Below, piece after piece: positions 1-10,708 of a stretch of 64,000 bases of DNA (positions within the stretch are counted from its first letter, which is position 1; each line of letters opens with the position of its first letter). The notes under the pieces were generated by a model, which ran no database searches, was not told the origin of the DNA, and worked only from the letters and a program-made list of their open reading frames with translations. The DNA is from an uncultured Candidatus Rokubacteria bacterium (GTDB taxonomy: Bacteria > Methylomirabilota > Methylomirabilia > Rokubacteriales > CSP1-6). The position numbers and the translations under genes were made by a program. Location of the stretch: contig CAVYTA010000007.1 of assembly GCA_963771355.1 (NCBI GenBank), positions 416,001 to 480,000 on the forward strand, read 5' to 3'.

Positions 1-1347
1 GCCGAGCAGCTCGACGCCAACGTCATCGCCCGCCGCGAGTTCCTCCGCAAGGCGGCCATCATCACCGGCGGGACCGCCGCCGGGCTCGGCGCGCTCGAAC
101 AAGATGGCGCATGCCCAGGCCGAAGCCCAAGCTCCGCGTCTGGCTCTTCAAGAGCTTCGTCACCGGCGCCAACGACATGCTCGCCAAGCAGATCGAGGCC
201 TGGGCCAAGGAGCAAGAACGTCGAGGTGGAGACGGACTGGGCCACCTTCGGCGACCGCGAGCAGAAGTTCGTCGCCGCCATCGAGGCGGGCAACCCGCCC
301 GACATCGCGGAGATGAACTATCTACGGGCCCATGCGCTACAAGCCGGCCCTCCGCGACATGACGCAAGCTCGCCGAGGACATCGCGGCACCAGCAAGGGC
401 GGGCTCCTGCCCTTCGCCGAGCGGCTGATGAAGGCGGACGGGAAGTTCCTCGCGGTGGCGCGTTACAGCCATGACCGGCGTCTTCTTCATCCGCAAGGAC
501 ATCATGGAGGCCAAGGGGCTCAAGCCGCCCAAGGTCTACGATCCCGACGTGGTGGAGTTCGCCAAGAAGACCCAGGACCCGAGCAAGGACCTGTGGGGCT
601 TCGGCCAGACGCTGAACCGCTCGGATGACGGCGACGGCTTCATGTCACAATATCCTCTGGAACTACGGTGGGGGCGTCTGGGACAAGGACGGCAAGCCCG
701 CGCTCGGGACCTCCTTCCTCAAGCAGAACATGACCGCGCTCCAGTTCTCGATCGACACCATCCAGAAGCACAAGATCCAGCCGCCCGGGGTGATGGGCTG
801 GACCGACGTGTCGAACAACGAGGCTTACATGGCAGGCAAGCTGGTGACCACCAACAACGGCGCCAGCCTCTACTACGCCATGGTGACCAAGAAGCACGAG
901 CTGGCGCCCAAGACCCAGCTCGTCCTGACGCCCGGCGGTCCGGCCGGCAGCTTCGTGGGCTCGAGTTGCTACAACTGGGCCGTGTTCCAGAAGACCAAGC
1001 ACGCCGAGCTCGCCGAGGACATGATCCGCTACGTCGAGGACGAGAAGCGCTTCGTCGAGTACATGAACGCCTCCGTGGGTCAGGCGGGCCCGGTGTACAA
1101 GGGCCGCGCGGACCATCCCTACTGGAAGTCCGACCCGAATTTCGACGCTATCCTGCAGAACATCCTGCGCTACGTGAACATCGGCTATCCCGGGCCCATG
1201 ACGCCGGCGGCGGCCGAGGTGCAGGCGCAGAAGATCCTCACCGACATGGCCGGGCGCGTGGTGGTGGGTGGGCTCTCTCCCGAGGCGGCCATCAAGGAAG
1301 CGCACGCGCGGGTGGAAGAGATCCACAAGATTCGCGGCAAGGCCTAG
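1..1347 (+). CDS. Carbohydrate-type ABC transporter substrate-binding protein (SBP family 1), 5'-partial, multiply frameshifted
   Basis: Frame 1 gives a Tat-like RREFLRKAAIITGG. Consecutive ORF pieces (KLRVWLFKSF, AAIEAGNPPDIAEM, FFIRKDIMEAKG, 625..1347) join into one SBP upstream of two permeases. Confidence 0.8.
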
Positions 1348-1360
1348 AGGAGAAGCTTCG

Positions 1361-2306
1361 GTGGCGATTTCCACCGCGCGGCTTCCCGCTGCGCTCCAGC
1401 CAGGAGCCCGGCGGCGCGACGGGCTCCGGCGCCTGCTGGGGCCCGACTACCGCATGGGGTTTCTCTTCGTAGCGCCCATCGTGGTGCTCACCCTGGCGCT
1501 GGTAACGTATCCGTTCTGCTACGCCATCTACCTGAGCCTCACGCGGAAGTACGTCGGCATGCCGCCGGTCTTCGTGGGGCTCGAGAACTACATCAAGCTG
1601 ACCCACGATGGGTTCTTCCAGCGGGCCGTCATCAACAGCTTCATCTTCACCTTCGGCTCCGTAGGCGTGAAGGTCGATGCTCGGCATGGTGATGGCGCTG
1701 GTGCTGACCTCGAAGATCCGCTTCCGCTCCTTCTGGACGGGCGTGCTCCTCATCCCGTGGGTGGCCCCCACCGTGGTCTCCGCGCTGAACTTCCTCTGGA
1801 TCTTCGATTTCAGCCTGGGCGTGCTCAACTACCTCCTGGTGCGGGTCACCGGCCTGCTCGATCAGGGCGTGGGCTGGCTGTCCGAGCCCAGGACTGCGAT
1901 GGCGTCGGTCATCTCGGTGAACATCTGGCGGGGCTTTCCGTTCTTCGGAATCTCCTTCCTCGCCGGCATGAAGGCGATCCCGGGGGAGCTGTACGAGGCT
2001 TCGGCGGTGGATGGGGCCAATGTGCTCCAGCGCTTCCGCTACGTGACGCTGCCCGGCCTCAAGAACATCATGATCATCGTGGTGTTGCTGTCCACCATCT
2101 GGACCTTCAACGACTTCGCCATCGTCTATATCCTCACCAAGGGTGGACCGGGCGGCGCGACCCAGGTGCTGCCGGTTCTCACCTACGAGATCGCCTTCGG
2201 CGCGCAGCGGCTCGGCGAAGCCATCGCGGTGGCGCTCTACATGCTGCCGGCCATCGCCATCGTGATCGTGGTACTGGCGAAGTACATGCGGCGAGGCCGC
2301 AAGTAG
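1361..2306 (+). CDS. Carbohydrate ABC permease (MalF-like), frameshift near 1675
   Basis: GTG after GAGGAG; FVGLENY motif in the first frame, EAA loop ELYEASAVDGA in the second. Confidence 0.85.
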
Positions 2307-3146
2307 ATGGGGCGGCAGGGCCTCGAGCGGCTCCAGTCGGGCATCTCCTACGCGTTCCTCATCGTGCTCGCGGTCCTGGTGCTCTTCCCCTTCTACTGGA
2401 TGACGGTGACCTCGTTGAAGTCCGAGAACCAGATGCGCAGCCTGGTCTCGATGTTCTGGCCCAGCCCCTTCGCGACCGAGAACTACGAGCATCTGCTCCG
2501 CAAGACCGACTTCATCACCTGGTACCGCAACAGCATCTGGGTATCGGTGTCGAGCACGCTCCTCGCCATCGGCATCGGCACCGTGGGCGCCTACGCCCTG
2601 GCCCGGCTCAAGTTTCTGGGCCGCGGGTTCATGGCCAGCGCCACCCTCATCACCTATCTGGTGCCGCCCTCCATCCTCTTCATCCCGCTCTACGCCCAGA
2701 TCCGGAACCTCGGCCTCGCCGACAGCCTCTCGGGGCTCATCGTGGCCTATCCGTCCTTCACCGTGCCCTTCGTGACCTGGCTCCTCATGGGCTATTTCGA
2801 GTCCATCCCCGAGGAGCTGGAAGAGGCGGCGATGATCGACGGCGCCACCAGGTTCGGCGCCTTCTGGAGAGTGGTCCTGCCGCTGTCCGCGCCCGGGGTG
2901 CTGGCGGCGGCGCTCTACGCCTTCACCCAGGCGTGGAACGAGTTCCTCTACGCGCTCGTGTTCATCACCGACGTGAAGCTGCGCACGCTCCCGGTGGGCC
3001 TGTCCTCCTTCATCACCGGGGACGTCTACGGCTGGGGTTACCTGATGGCGGGGGCGGTGCTCACCACGGTGCCGGTGATCGCCGCCTACATCTACCTCCA
3101 GAAGTACATGGTGGAAGGGCTCACCGCGGGCGGCGTCAAGGGCTAG
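2307..3146 (+). CDS. Carbohydrate ABC permease (MalG-like)
   Basis: EAA motif ELEEAAMIDGA, AWNEFL, C-terminal GLTAGGVKG. Confidence 0.93.
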   Translation: MGRQGLERLQSGISYAFLIVLAVLVLFPFYWMTVTSLKSENQMRSLVSMFWPSPFATENYEHLLRKTDFITWYRNSIWVSVSSTLLAIGIGTVGAYALARLKFLGRGFMASATLITYLVPPSILFIPLYAQIRNLGLADSLSGLIVAYPSFTVPFVTWLLMGYFESIPEELEEAAMIDGATRFGAFWRVVLPLSAPGVLAAALYAFTQAWNEFLYALVFITDVKLRTLPVGLSSFITGDVYGWGYLMAGAVLTTVPVIAAYIYLQKYMVEGLTAGGVKG

Positions 3147-3162
3147 CCGGAGCGCGTCGCGG

Positions 3163-3528
3163 TCAGTCGCACTTCTTCAGGTTCAGCGCCCAGAACTTCA
3201 CCGGGCTCTTGCTCTCGTTCATGGCGATGTGCCCCGACCCCGACTCGAGGTAGATCACCGAACCGGCCTTGTAGACCTGCTTGCCGTGCCGGGTGACGAA
3301 GGTCAGCTCGCCCTCCACCACGATGCCGATCTCGGGCTCGGGGTTGACGTGGATCCCCGAGGACGCCCCTGGCGGATAGACGAGGTAGCCGATCTTCACC
3401 GTGTCGTTGTCGAGCGCGACGCGCTCCTGGGTATCCGGCGCGGTCGGGTGCGCGCTCCACGCGCCGTCGGCGAGGAGCACGGCGGCGGCGAGCAGGACCA
3501 TCGCGAGGCGGCGCGCGGTCAGCCTCAT
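3163..3528 (-). CDS. Exported cupin-domain protein
   Basis: Signal peptide; [16 protein letters not shown] and GHIAMN cupin motifs. Confidence 0.75.
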   Translation of the reverse strand: MRLTARRLAMVLLAAAVLLADGAWSAHPTAPDTQERVALDNDTVKIGYLVYPPGASSGIHVNPEPEIGIVVEGELTFVTRHGKQVYKAGSVIYLESGSGHIAMNESKSPVKFWALNLKKCD

Positions 3529-4961
3529 GCCGGATTCTCCGCAAGCGGTGGCCGGCGGGCGGCCCAGGGGCGGGCGGCCTCGAGCTGGGCGGCGAGCCGG
3601 AACAGCGTGGCCTCGTCACCGAAGCGGGCGACCCAGTGGGTGCCGATGGGCAGGCCCTCGGCGTTCCAGGCAAGGGGCGTGGACATAGCGGGTTGTCCCG
3701 TCACATTGAGCAGCGGGGTGAACGGCACGAAGGCGGCCGACCGTCGCAAACCGCGGACGGGGTCGTCGGGGGTGGGATCGAAGCTGCCCAGCGGCAGGGG
3801 CGGCTCGGCCAGGGTCGGGGTGAGCCAGACGTCCCAGTCGCCGAAGAAACTGGCGACCTCCCGGGAGACCCGCTGGAGATCCTGGACCGCGGTGAGATAG
3901 GCCGCCGCGGAGCGCCGCTCGCCCATCTCGTGGAGCACCCAGGTGAGGGGCTCGAAGCGCGCGGGGTCGGGCGTCTGTCCGGTGCGCCGCGCCCAGTCCG
4001 CCACCGTCCAGGCGCAGCCCGCCGACCACAGCGTGAAGAAAGCCTCGGTGAGCATCTGGCCGTCGAGGATGGGTGCCGCCTCCGCCACGTGATGGCCGAG
4101 CGCGGCCGCGAGACGGGCGGCCTCGTCGACCGCGGCCACGCAGTCGGGGTGCACGACCGCGCCGTTGGGCGCCGAGCGGGTCACGGCGATGCGGAGACGG
4201 CCGGGATCGCGCCCGACCTCCTCGAGCCAGGGCCGCGCGGGCGGCGGCGCCACATAGGGATCACCCGGCGCCGGTCCGGCGGTGGCGTCGAGCAAGGCGG
4301 CACTGTCCCGCACCGAACGGGTCACGGCATGCTCGGCCACGAGGCCGCTGAACAGGTCGCCATAGTGCGGGCCCAGCGGGTTCCGGCCCCGGGTGGGCTT
4401 GAGCCCGAAGATGCCGCAGCAGGCCGCCGGAATGCGGATGGATCCGCCTCCATCATTGGCGTGGGCCATCGGGACCATGCCGGCGGCCACCGCGGCCGCG
4501 GAGCCGCCGCTCGAGCCGCCGGTGATCCGCGTGACGTCCCAGGGATTCCGGCAGGGACCGAAGAGCCGGGGCTCGGTGGTGGGCAGGATGCCGAACTCCG
4601 GCGTATTGGTCTTGCCGATCACGATCAGTCCCGCGCGGCGATACCGCGCCACAAGCTCGGTGTCGTGCTTGGAGACATAGTGGCCGTCGAGAAAGGCGGA
4701 GCCTTCGGTGAGCCGGGTGCCCGCGTACTCGGCGAGGAGGTCCTTGAGGAGGAACGGCACCCCCGCGAAGGGCCCGTGCCCCGGCGGTACCGCGGCGGCC
4801 CGGCGCGCTTCGTCGAACAGGGGCGTGACCACCGCGTTCAACCGGGGGTTGAGACGCTCGACGCGGCGGATCGCCGCCTCCACCAGCTCGAGCGGCGTGA
4901 CCTCGCCCCGCCGGACGAGCGCGGCCTGGCCCAGCGCGTCGAGGTGCGCGAAGGGATCCAC
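3525..4961 (-). CDS. Amidase-signature family amidase
   Basis: [45 protein letters not shown] start inferred at 4961. Confidence 0.92.
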   Translation of the reverse strand: MDPFAHLDALGQAALVRRGEVTPLELVEAAIRRVERLNPRLNAVVTPLFDEARRAAAVPPGHGPFAGVPFLLKDLLAEYAGTRLTEGSAFLDGHYVSKHDTELVARYRRAGLIVIGKTNTPEFGILPTTEPRLFGPCRNPWDVTRITGGSSGGSAAAVAAGMVPMAHANDGGGSIRIPAACCGIFGLKPTRGRNPLGPHYGDLFSGLVAEHAVTRSVRDSAALLDATAGPAPGDPYVAPPPARPWLEEVGRDPGRLRIAVTRSAPNGAVVHPDCVAAVDEAARLAAALGHHVAEAAPILDGQMLTEAFFTLWSAGCAWTVADWARRTGQTPDPARFEPLTWVLHEMGERRSAAAYLTAVQDLQRVSREVASFFGDWDVWLTPTLAEPPLPLGSFDPTPDDPVRGLRRSAAFVPFTPLLNVTGQPAMSTPLAWNAEGLPIGTHWVARFGDEATLFRLAAQLEAARPWAARRPPLAENPA

Positions 4962-5048
4962 GGTGAGGGGGACTCTATGGAGTCTGACGTGGACTGTCAA
5001 GCACACCAGGCCCGAGACGGGGTAACATAGTGGCGGTCGGGAGGGCAC

Positions 5049-6401
5049 ATGTCGCATCGGGTACTCATTGCGGACGATCTGGAGGCCTCGCGCAAGGGTC
5101 TGGCCGCGCTCGTCGCGACCTGGGGATACGAGGTCGAGGAAGCCGGCGACGGGCAGGAAGCGCTTGCGAAGGCCGCGGACTCGAATCCGGCCGTCGTCAT
5201 CACCGACCTGGTGATGCCGAAGCTGGACGGTCTCGGTCTGCTCAAGGCCGTGCAGGCCGAGCTGCCGTTCACCATGGTCATCATCATCACCGGGCACGGC
5301 ACCATCGAGACCGCGGTGGGGGCGACCAAGGACGGCGCCTACGACTACCTCACCAAGCCGGTGGACGTGGCGCGGCTCCGCCTCCTCGTGGAAAAGGCCA
5401 TCGAGAAGGGCGAGGCGCTGCGCGAGGTCAATGTCCTGCGCCGGCGCGTCAAGGCGGTGTGGGGGCACGGCCGCCTGGTGGGAACCAGCAAGGCCATGCA
5501 GGCGGTGTTCCGCCAGATCGATCTCGCCGCGCCGACCTCCGCCCCGGTCCTCATCGTGGGTGCGAGCGGTACCGGCAAGGAGCTGGCCGCGCAGACACTG
5601 CACGAGCTGTCGCCGCGGAGCCAGGGGCCCTTCGTGGCCGTCAACTGCGCCGCCATTCCCGAGACCTTGCTGGAGAGCGAGATCTTCGGGCACGAGCGGG
5701 GTGCCTTCACCGGCGCGCTGGAGCGCCGCATCGGCTGCTTCGAGCTCGCGCATCAGGGCACGCTCTTCCTCGATGAGATCGCGGAGATGAGCCCCCCGCT
5801 CCAGGCCAAGTTTCTCCGCATCCTCCAGGACGGTTCGCTCAAGCGTATCGGCGGCCGCTCGGAGATCAAGGTGGACGTGCGCGTGCTCGCCGCCACCAAC
5901 AAGGAGCCCGCGCACGGCCTCAAGGACGGCAGCTTTCGCGAGGATCTGTACTATCGGCTCAATGTCTTCACGCTCAGCCTGCCGCTGCTGCGCGCCCGGC
6001 GCGACGACATCCCGCTCCTCATCCAGGCGTTCGTCGAGGAGTTCGATGCCAAGTACGAGCGGAAGGTCCGCGGGGTGGACGAGGCCGCGCTGCGCCATCT
6101 GGTCGCGCACGACTGGCCCGGCAACGTGCGCCAGCTCCGCAACACCCTGGAACGCGCGGTCATTTCCTGCGCGGGCGAGCTCATCACCCCGGCGGACCTC
6201 CCCAGCGAGGCCGGTCCCGGGAGCGGCGAGGAGCCCCGCGCGAGTGCGACCCTCCCGGTGGGCGTGAAGCTCAAGGACGTGGAGCGCGAGGTGATCTTGA
6301 AGACGCTGGCCTCGGTGGGCAATAACAAGACGCGGGCCGCCGACGTGCTCGGCATCAGTCTCAAGACCCTTCACAACAAGCTGAACCGCTACGGCGTTTA
6401 G
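5049..6401 (+). CDS. Sigma54-dependent response regulator (NtrC/AtoC type: REC-AAA+-Fis HTH)
   Basis: TDLVMP phosphoacceptor, GASGTGKE Walker [21 protein letters not shown]-terminal HTH. Confidence 0.96.
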   Translation: MSHRVLIADDLEASRKGLAALVATWGYEVEEAGDGQEALAKAADSNPAVVITDLVMPKLDGLGLLKAVQAELPFTMVIIITGHGTIETAVGATKDGAYDYLTKPVDVARLRLLVEKAIEKGEALREVNVLRRRVKAVWGHGRLVGTSKAMQAVFRQIDLAAPTSAPVLIVGASGTGKELAAQTLHELSPRSQGPFVAVNCAAIPETLLESEIFGHERGAFTGALERRIGCFELAHQGTLFLDEIAEMSPPLQAKFLRILQDGSLKRIGGRSEIKVDVRVLAATNKEPAHGLKDGSFREDLYYRLNVFTLSLPLLRARRDDIPLLIQAFVEEFDAKYERKVRGVDEAALRHLVAHDWPGNVRQLRNTLERAVISCAGELITPADLPSEAGPGSGEEPRASATLPVGVKLKDVEREVILKTLASVGNNKTRAADVLGISLKTLHNKLNRYGV

Positions 6402-6402
6402 C

Positions 6403-7923
6403 ATGCGCTGGGGTCTCAAGTCGAAGGAAGCGCTGGCCATCACCTTGCTGACGCTGGTGGTGGTGGCCACCACCCTGGTGGTGCACCTGGCCCAGCTCAC
6501 GCGCGTGGCGGTGGAAGAGACGCAGCGCCAGGCCGAGCTCATCGCCAAGCAGATCGTGGCGCACAGCGCCCGCGTGCTCGCCCGCGGGCCGGCGGCGGAT
6601 CCGCACGACGCGCTCCGCATGGACTCCGAGCTGCGCAATCTCCTCGAGGCCAGCGTGGGGTACTCGCCCTCTCTGCTCTACGTGCTGGTGGCCGACCGCG
6701 AGGAGCGGGTGATCCTCCACAGCCAGAGCGATAAGGAGGGCGAGCGCCTCAAGCTGCAGCCGCCCCTCACCGATCTCCGCGCGGTGAACCCCGTGCGCCG
6801 CTTCGACGCCCTCCTGAGCCGCGGGCGGACCTACGAGACCTCGGTGCCCATCAGCCTGGACCGGCAGCCCTTCGGCAGCGTGCGGCTCGGCGTGTCCACC
6901 ACCCTGCTTCGCCGCGAGCTCACCGAGGCGGTGACCCAGAGCCTCATACTCGCGGTCCTGGCCCTGCCGGGCGCCTGGCTCCTCGCCCTCTACCTCGCCA
7001 ATCGCATCATGCGGCCGATCGGCCAGCTCGCCCGCGAGCTGGATCGCCTCCGCCGGGGCGAGCTGACCGCCGCCGCCGCCACGCCGGCGCTGGACCGGGA
7101 AGATGAGCTGGGCGATCTGGCCGCCCAGGTACAGCTCCTCAGCCAGCAGCTCCAGGCCGACCGGCTCGCCCTGCTCTCGCAAAGCGCCTCCGCGGGTGAG
7201 CTCGAGTCCATCAAGACCCTCCAGTCGCTGGTGAGCTACTCCGCCAAGCTCGCCGCGCTGGGGCGCCTCACCTCCGGCGTCGCCCATGAGGTGAAGAACC
7301 CGCTGAACGCGATGATGATTCACCTGGAGCTGGTCCGCGCCCGGCTCGAGGGCGGCGCGCCGGACGGGGGCAAGGTGCGCGAGAGCCTGGACGTGATCGG
7401 CAGCGAGATCCGTCGGCTCGATCGCGTCGTGCAGGGCTTTCTCCGCTTCGTGCGGCCCCAGGAGCTCTCGCTCAAGCCGGTGGACGTCAACCTGCTCAGC
7501 CAGGGCGTGGCCGCCCTCCTGGAGGCCGAGTGGCGCCCGGCGGGTATCCGCTTCGTACTCGCGCTCGACCCCGAGTGCCCGCGCGTCTCGGGGGACGAGG
7601 AGCTCTTGCGCCAGGCCCTCCTCAACGTGGTGGTCAATGCCTGCCAGGCCATGCCCGAAGGCGGGGCGGTGACCCTCGCCACCAGCCGTCCCGCGCCCGA
7701 GTGGGTGGCGATGTCGGTGACCGACGAGGGATCCGGGATCGCGCCGGAGAACCGCGATCGGATCTTCTCGCTCTACTACACCACCAAGCCCGACGGCAGC
7801 GGCATCGGGCTGTCCCTCGTGTACCGCATCGTCCACATGCACGACGGCGCCATCGACGTGGAGTCGCCCCTGGAAGGAAACCGGGGCACGCGAATGACGC
7901 TGAGGTTGCCGGTGCGGCGATGA
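6403..7923 (+). CDS. Membrane sensor histidine kinase (2 TM, HAMP, HisKA, HATPase)
   Basis: H-box AHEVKNPL, N-box [33 protein letters not shown]. Confidence 0.95.
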   Translation: MRWGLKSKEALAITLLTLVVVATTLVVHLAQLTRVAVEETQRQAELIAKQIVAHSARVLARGPAADPHDALRMDSELRNLLEASVGYSPSLLYVLVADREERVILHSQSDKEGERLKLQPPLTDLRAVNPVRRFDALLSRGRTYETSVPISLDRQPFGSVRLGVSTTLLRRELTEAVTQSLILAVLALPGAWLLALYLANRIMRPIGQLARELDRLRRGELTAAAATPALDREDELGDLAAQVQLLSQQLQADRLALLSQSASAGELESIKTLQSLVSYSAKLAALGRLTSGVAHEVKNPLNAMMIHLELVRARLEGGAPDGGKVRESLDVIGSEIRRLDRVVQGFLRFVRPQELSLKPVDVNLLSQGVAALLEAEWRPAGIRFVLALDPECPRVSGDEELLRQALLNVVVNACQAMPEGGAVTLATSRPAPEWVAMSVTDEGSGIAPENRDRIFSLYYTTKPDGSGIGLSLVYRIVHMHDGAIDVESPLEGNRGTRMTLRLPVRR

Positions 7924-8555
7924 GCCACTTCATGCGGCTCGGTTTCCTCGGGCTCGGGCTCGCCGCGGTGATGAGCTGCGCCCCCGTGCAGCCCCCAGTG
8001 GTCAGGGTCCCGCCTCCAATCCCGCCCCCCGCCCCCGCCGCGCCTCCCGTCAGCCGCCCGGCCGCGCCGGCGGCGCCGGCGCCGGTGGCGCCGAGATCTT
8101 CTCCCACGGTCCGGCAAGATCCCATGCCCGATCTGCCCACCGTCGCGCCCCCGCCCCCGCCGCCGCGGGCCGCCGCGCCGCCGGCCGCTTCACCGCCGCC
8201 GCCCTCGCCTGCGCCTCCCCCGGCCCCCGCGCCCCCTGTGTCGCCAACGCCGCCGCCGCCTCCGGCCTCGTCGCCGGTGCGGAAGGAGCCTCCGCCGGTG
8301 CTGTCTCCCCAGGTGTCGTCCGCGGAGGAGCTGCGGCTGACCCAGCAGGCCCGCACCCGGATCGAGGGAGCGGAACGGCTGATGTCCCAGCTCGACCCGC
8401 GCCGCCTCGATCGCGAGCAGCAGGACACCTTGGCCACGATCAAGGACTTCCTCACGAAGTCGAAGGAGGCCATGGTCACGCGAGACGTCCAGCGCGCCTA
8501 CAACCTCGCCGACAAGGCTTTTATCCTGGTCGAGGACCTGTCTCGCGGCCGCTGA
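7920..8555 (+). CDS. Putative lipoprotein with long Pro-rich linker and C-terminal helical domain
   Basis: ATGA overlap with kinase stop; signal peptide ending AVMS-C; about 110 aa Pro/Ala-rich, then amphipathic helices. Confidence 0.75.
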   Translation: MSHFMRLGFLGLGLAAVMSCAPVQPPVVRVPPPIPPPAPAAPPVSRPAAPAAPAPVAPRSSPTVRQDPMPDLPTVAPPPPPPRAAAPPAASPPPPSPAPPPAPAPPVSPTPPPPPASSPVRKEPPPVLSPQVSSAEELRLTQQARTRIEGAERLMSQLDPRRLDREQQDTLATIKDFLTKSKEAMVTRDVQRAYNLADKAFILVEDLSRGR

Positions 8556-8582
8556 GAGCGTGCGGCTGGCGACGATTCGCCA

Positions 8583-8595
8583 TGTAAGGCTTACA
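8583..8595. promoter_or_regulatory. Palindrome TGTAAG-G-CTTACA, candidate enhancer (UAS) for the sigma54 activator
   Basis: Perfect inverted repeat 138 bp upstream of a -12 element; related copies at 9611 and 9632. Confidence 0.7.
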
Positions 8596-8705
8596 CGCGA
8601 CAGCGGTTCTTGCCCGGAAGCTGTCGAGAAAAGAAGAGGGCCGTCTGACCTCCTAAGTGTGTGACAAGTCGAGCCTTTCGTTAATAGCTCATCGTTCCCC
8701 CTCCC

Positions 8706-8721
8706 TTGGCACGAAGTCTGC
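8706..8721 (+). promoter_or_regulatory. Sigma54 -24/-12 promoter upstream of the OmpA-family gene
   Basis: TTGGCACGAAGTCTGC = TGGCAC-N5-CTGC with exact GG-N10-GC spacing. Confidence 0.8.
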
Positions 8722-8792
8722 CACTGTTCCCACAGAGCCAGCGTATCCTCGATCTGAACGAGTGGGATCCATCCCAGCAAGGAGGAAGTGAA

Positions 8793-9521
8793 ATGAAACA
8801 CCTGACCGCTTCTCTGATCCTCTGCACCGGCGTCGCCCTCTTGGGCTCCGCGTGCGCCACCAAGGGCTATGTCCGCGAGCAAGTCGGCAGCGCCGAGACC
8901 AAGCTGTCCACCCGCGCGGAGGGGACGGAATCGGCGCTCAAGGACACCAACGACAAGACGGCCGCCAATGCCCAGGCCATCGATGCCAGCCGCAAGGACA
9001 TCCAGGGGCTGGATGGCAAGGTCCAGGGGCTGGATGGCAAGGTCGTCCAGGTTGGGACCCTCGCGGCCGACGCGAAGAAGCAGGCCGAGTCGGCGTCGGA
9101 GGCGGTCCGTGACACGGATTCCCGCCTGCAGGCGCTGAACACGCGGATGACCAACCGCAACAAGTTCGCCATGGTCGAGACGAAGTCGGTCTATTTCGAC
9201 TTCGACAAGGCCGCACTGCGGGACGAGGGAGTCAGTGACATCGAGGAAGTGGCGAAGGCGCTGAAGGCCGATCCCAATGCGGTGGTGGAGCTGCAGGGCT
9301 TCGCCGACGCGCGCGGCGCCGAGCGCTACAACTATCAGCTTACCCGCGAGCGGGTGGACGCGGTCGCGCGGTACCTGGTGCAGCGCCACGGCATCGAGCT
9401 GCGCCGCATCCACATGGTCGGTATGGGCAAGGTCGTCCTGGCCGCCGGTGAGCGGGGCGGCAACGAGGTGTACGCCAAGGCCCGCCGGGTGGACATCAAG
9501 CTTCTGTCTCCCCAGAGCTAA
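8793..9521 (+). CDS. OmpA/Pal-like peptidoglycan-binding lipoprotein with N-terminal coiled coil
   Basis: RBS AGGAGG; lipobox LGSA-C; VYFDFDKAAL, LQGFADARG, YNYQLTRERVDAV, RRVDI. Confidence 0.9.
   Translation: MKHLTASLILCTGVALLGSACATKGYVREQVGSAETKLSTRAEGTESALKDTNDKTAANAQAIDASRKDIQGLDGKVQGLDGKVVQVGTLAADAKKQAESASEAVRDTDSRLQALNTRMTNRNKFAMVETKSVYFDFDKAALRDEGVSDIEEVAKALKADPNAVVELQGFADARGAERYNYQLTRERVDAVARYLVQRHGIELRRIHMVGMGKVVLAAGERGGNEVYAKARRVDIKLLSPQS
9001..9044 (+). repeat. 21-bp in-frame tandem duplication (heptad QGLDGKV x2)
   Basis: tccaggggctggatggcaagg repeated directly. Confidence 0.85.
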
Positions 9522-9541
9522 GCGCTCGCGAGACGAGCACT

Positions 9542-9575
9542 CCCGGGGCTCCGCGCTCTCGCGCGGGGCTCCGGG
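9542..9575 (+). terminator. GC-rich hairpin after the OmpA-family gene
   Basis: cccggggctccgcgc-tctc-gcgcggggctccggg (two G.U pairs); weak U tract. Confidence 0.5.
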
Positions 9576-9610
9576 GTTCGCGGGTGGGTTCGCGCGTTTC
9601 GTACCCACCA

Positions 9611-9644
9611 TGTAAGGCCTACATTGCGGGATGTATCCCTTACA
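9611..9644. promoter_or_regulatory. Tandem TGTA-N5-TACA sites (candidate UAS pair)
   Basis: TGTAAGGCCTACA (9611) and TGTATCCCTTACA (9632), 21 bp apart. Confidence 0.7.
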
Positions 9645-9752
9645 TCCGCCTGGTCATGTCTGCCTGCGCCCGCCGGCTCGCGCATCCGAGCGAACGAGAG
9701 CCAAATGCTTGACCTGCCACAGTTTCTCCCCCCTCTGCCATGGTTCGGAGAA

Positions 9753-9768
9753 TTGGCATTCCCCCTGC
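9753..9768 (+). promoter_or_regulatory. Second sigma54 -24/-12 promoter
   Basis: TTGGCATTCCCCCTGC, GG-N10-GC. Confidence 0.65.
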
Positions 9769-9780
9769 TCAGAGGACAGC

Positions 9781-10188
9781 ATGGCCTTCGAACACCCCAC
9801 TATCCTGGTGGTCGAGGACGAGCCGCATAGCCGCGAGGGCCTCCGGGACCTGCTGGCCGGTCGTGGCTATCTCGTGGAGACGGCCGCGGACGTTCCCCAA
9901 GCCATCAGCCAGGTGAACGCTCATCAGTTCGCGGGCGCCATCATCGATCTCCATCTACCGCCCGTTCACGAGGTCATGGTGACGGGCTGGGACATCGCCG
10001 ATATGTGCCGCGCCTGCACGCCGGATATCGCCGTGCTCTTCGTCAGCGCTCAAGGGGGCGCCGAGGTAGTAGACCGCGCGGAACGCCTCGGGCACGCCGC
10101 CTTCCTGGAGAAGCCGATCGATCCCGTCCGACTCGCGGCGGCGCTCGGCCAGCTCGGCCTCAAGGCCCAGGCGTGCGACACCCCCTGA
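9781..10188 (+). CDS. Single-domain response regulator (REC only)
   Basis: ILVVEDE, IIDLHLP, FVSA, FLEKP. Confidence 0.88.
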   Translation: MAFEHPTILVVEDEPHSREGLRDLLAGRGYLVETAADVPQAISQVNAHQFAGAIIDLHLPPVHEVMVTGWDIADMCRACTPDIAVLFVSAQGGAEVVDRAERLGHAAFLEKPIDPVRLAAALGQLGLKAQACDTP

Positions 10189-10277
10189 CCGCGTCAGGAC
10201 TCAGGCGGCCGCCCAGCAAGGTGCGCCCCGCCGGGGTCGGACGGGCAACGGTCGAGGACACCCGAGAGCCCTGGAAG

Positions 10278-10682
10278 ATGACCGCCCTCGGCATGGCGCT
10301 GATCGTCGCCGCCGCGGTGATCATGGGGTTTCTGATGGCGGGCTGGGGGCCGCGCGCCGAATTGGAGGCCATGCTTGCGCCGGTGATCGCTCCCGCGTCG
10401 CCGGCGCCGGCGCACGCGAAGGTCGTCGCGGAAGCGCCCGCTCCGGCCGACGTGGAGTCCTGCAACCAGTCCGCGAAGGCGCAGGCGGGCGACAAGACCA
10501 TCGAGGTGGTGAAGGACGGGGCGGCCGAGGCGGGATGGGGGCCTGGCCGAGGCGGGGACATCGGTGGTATGGTCGTCGCGGCGGCGGGCACACTTCACGG
10601 GATCAACGAGCGGAAGAAGAACGATGCTCGCTACGTCGAGGCCTATCGCGCCTGCATGAAGGGGCGCGGGTTCAGTAGCTAA
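10278..10682 (+). CDS. Hypothetical membrane-anchored protein with short glycine zipper and Cys pair
   Basis: N-terminal TM, ESCNQSA...GGDIGGMVVAAAG...YRACMKGRGF; start uncertain. Confidence 0.6.
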   Translation: MTALGMALIVAAAVIMGFLMAGWGPRAELEAMLAPVIAPASPAPAHAKVVAEAPAPADVESCNQSAKAQAGDKTIEVVKDGAAEAGWGPGRGGDIGGMVVAAAGTLHGINERKKNDARYVEAYRACMKGRGFSS

Positions 10683-10708
10683 CCCCTCAACGAGGAGGAG
10701 TCACGAAC

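Noticed and set aside
4962..6638. 1037-aa ORF suggesting a large amidase fusion
   Set aside because: The N-terminal part is the antisense shadow of the sigma54 regulator; amidase similarity begins near 4961.
8005..8275. C-rich tract as a DNA repeat array
   Set aside because: Explained by the Pro/Ala-rich linker coding sequence; no regular unit.
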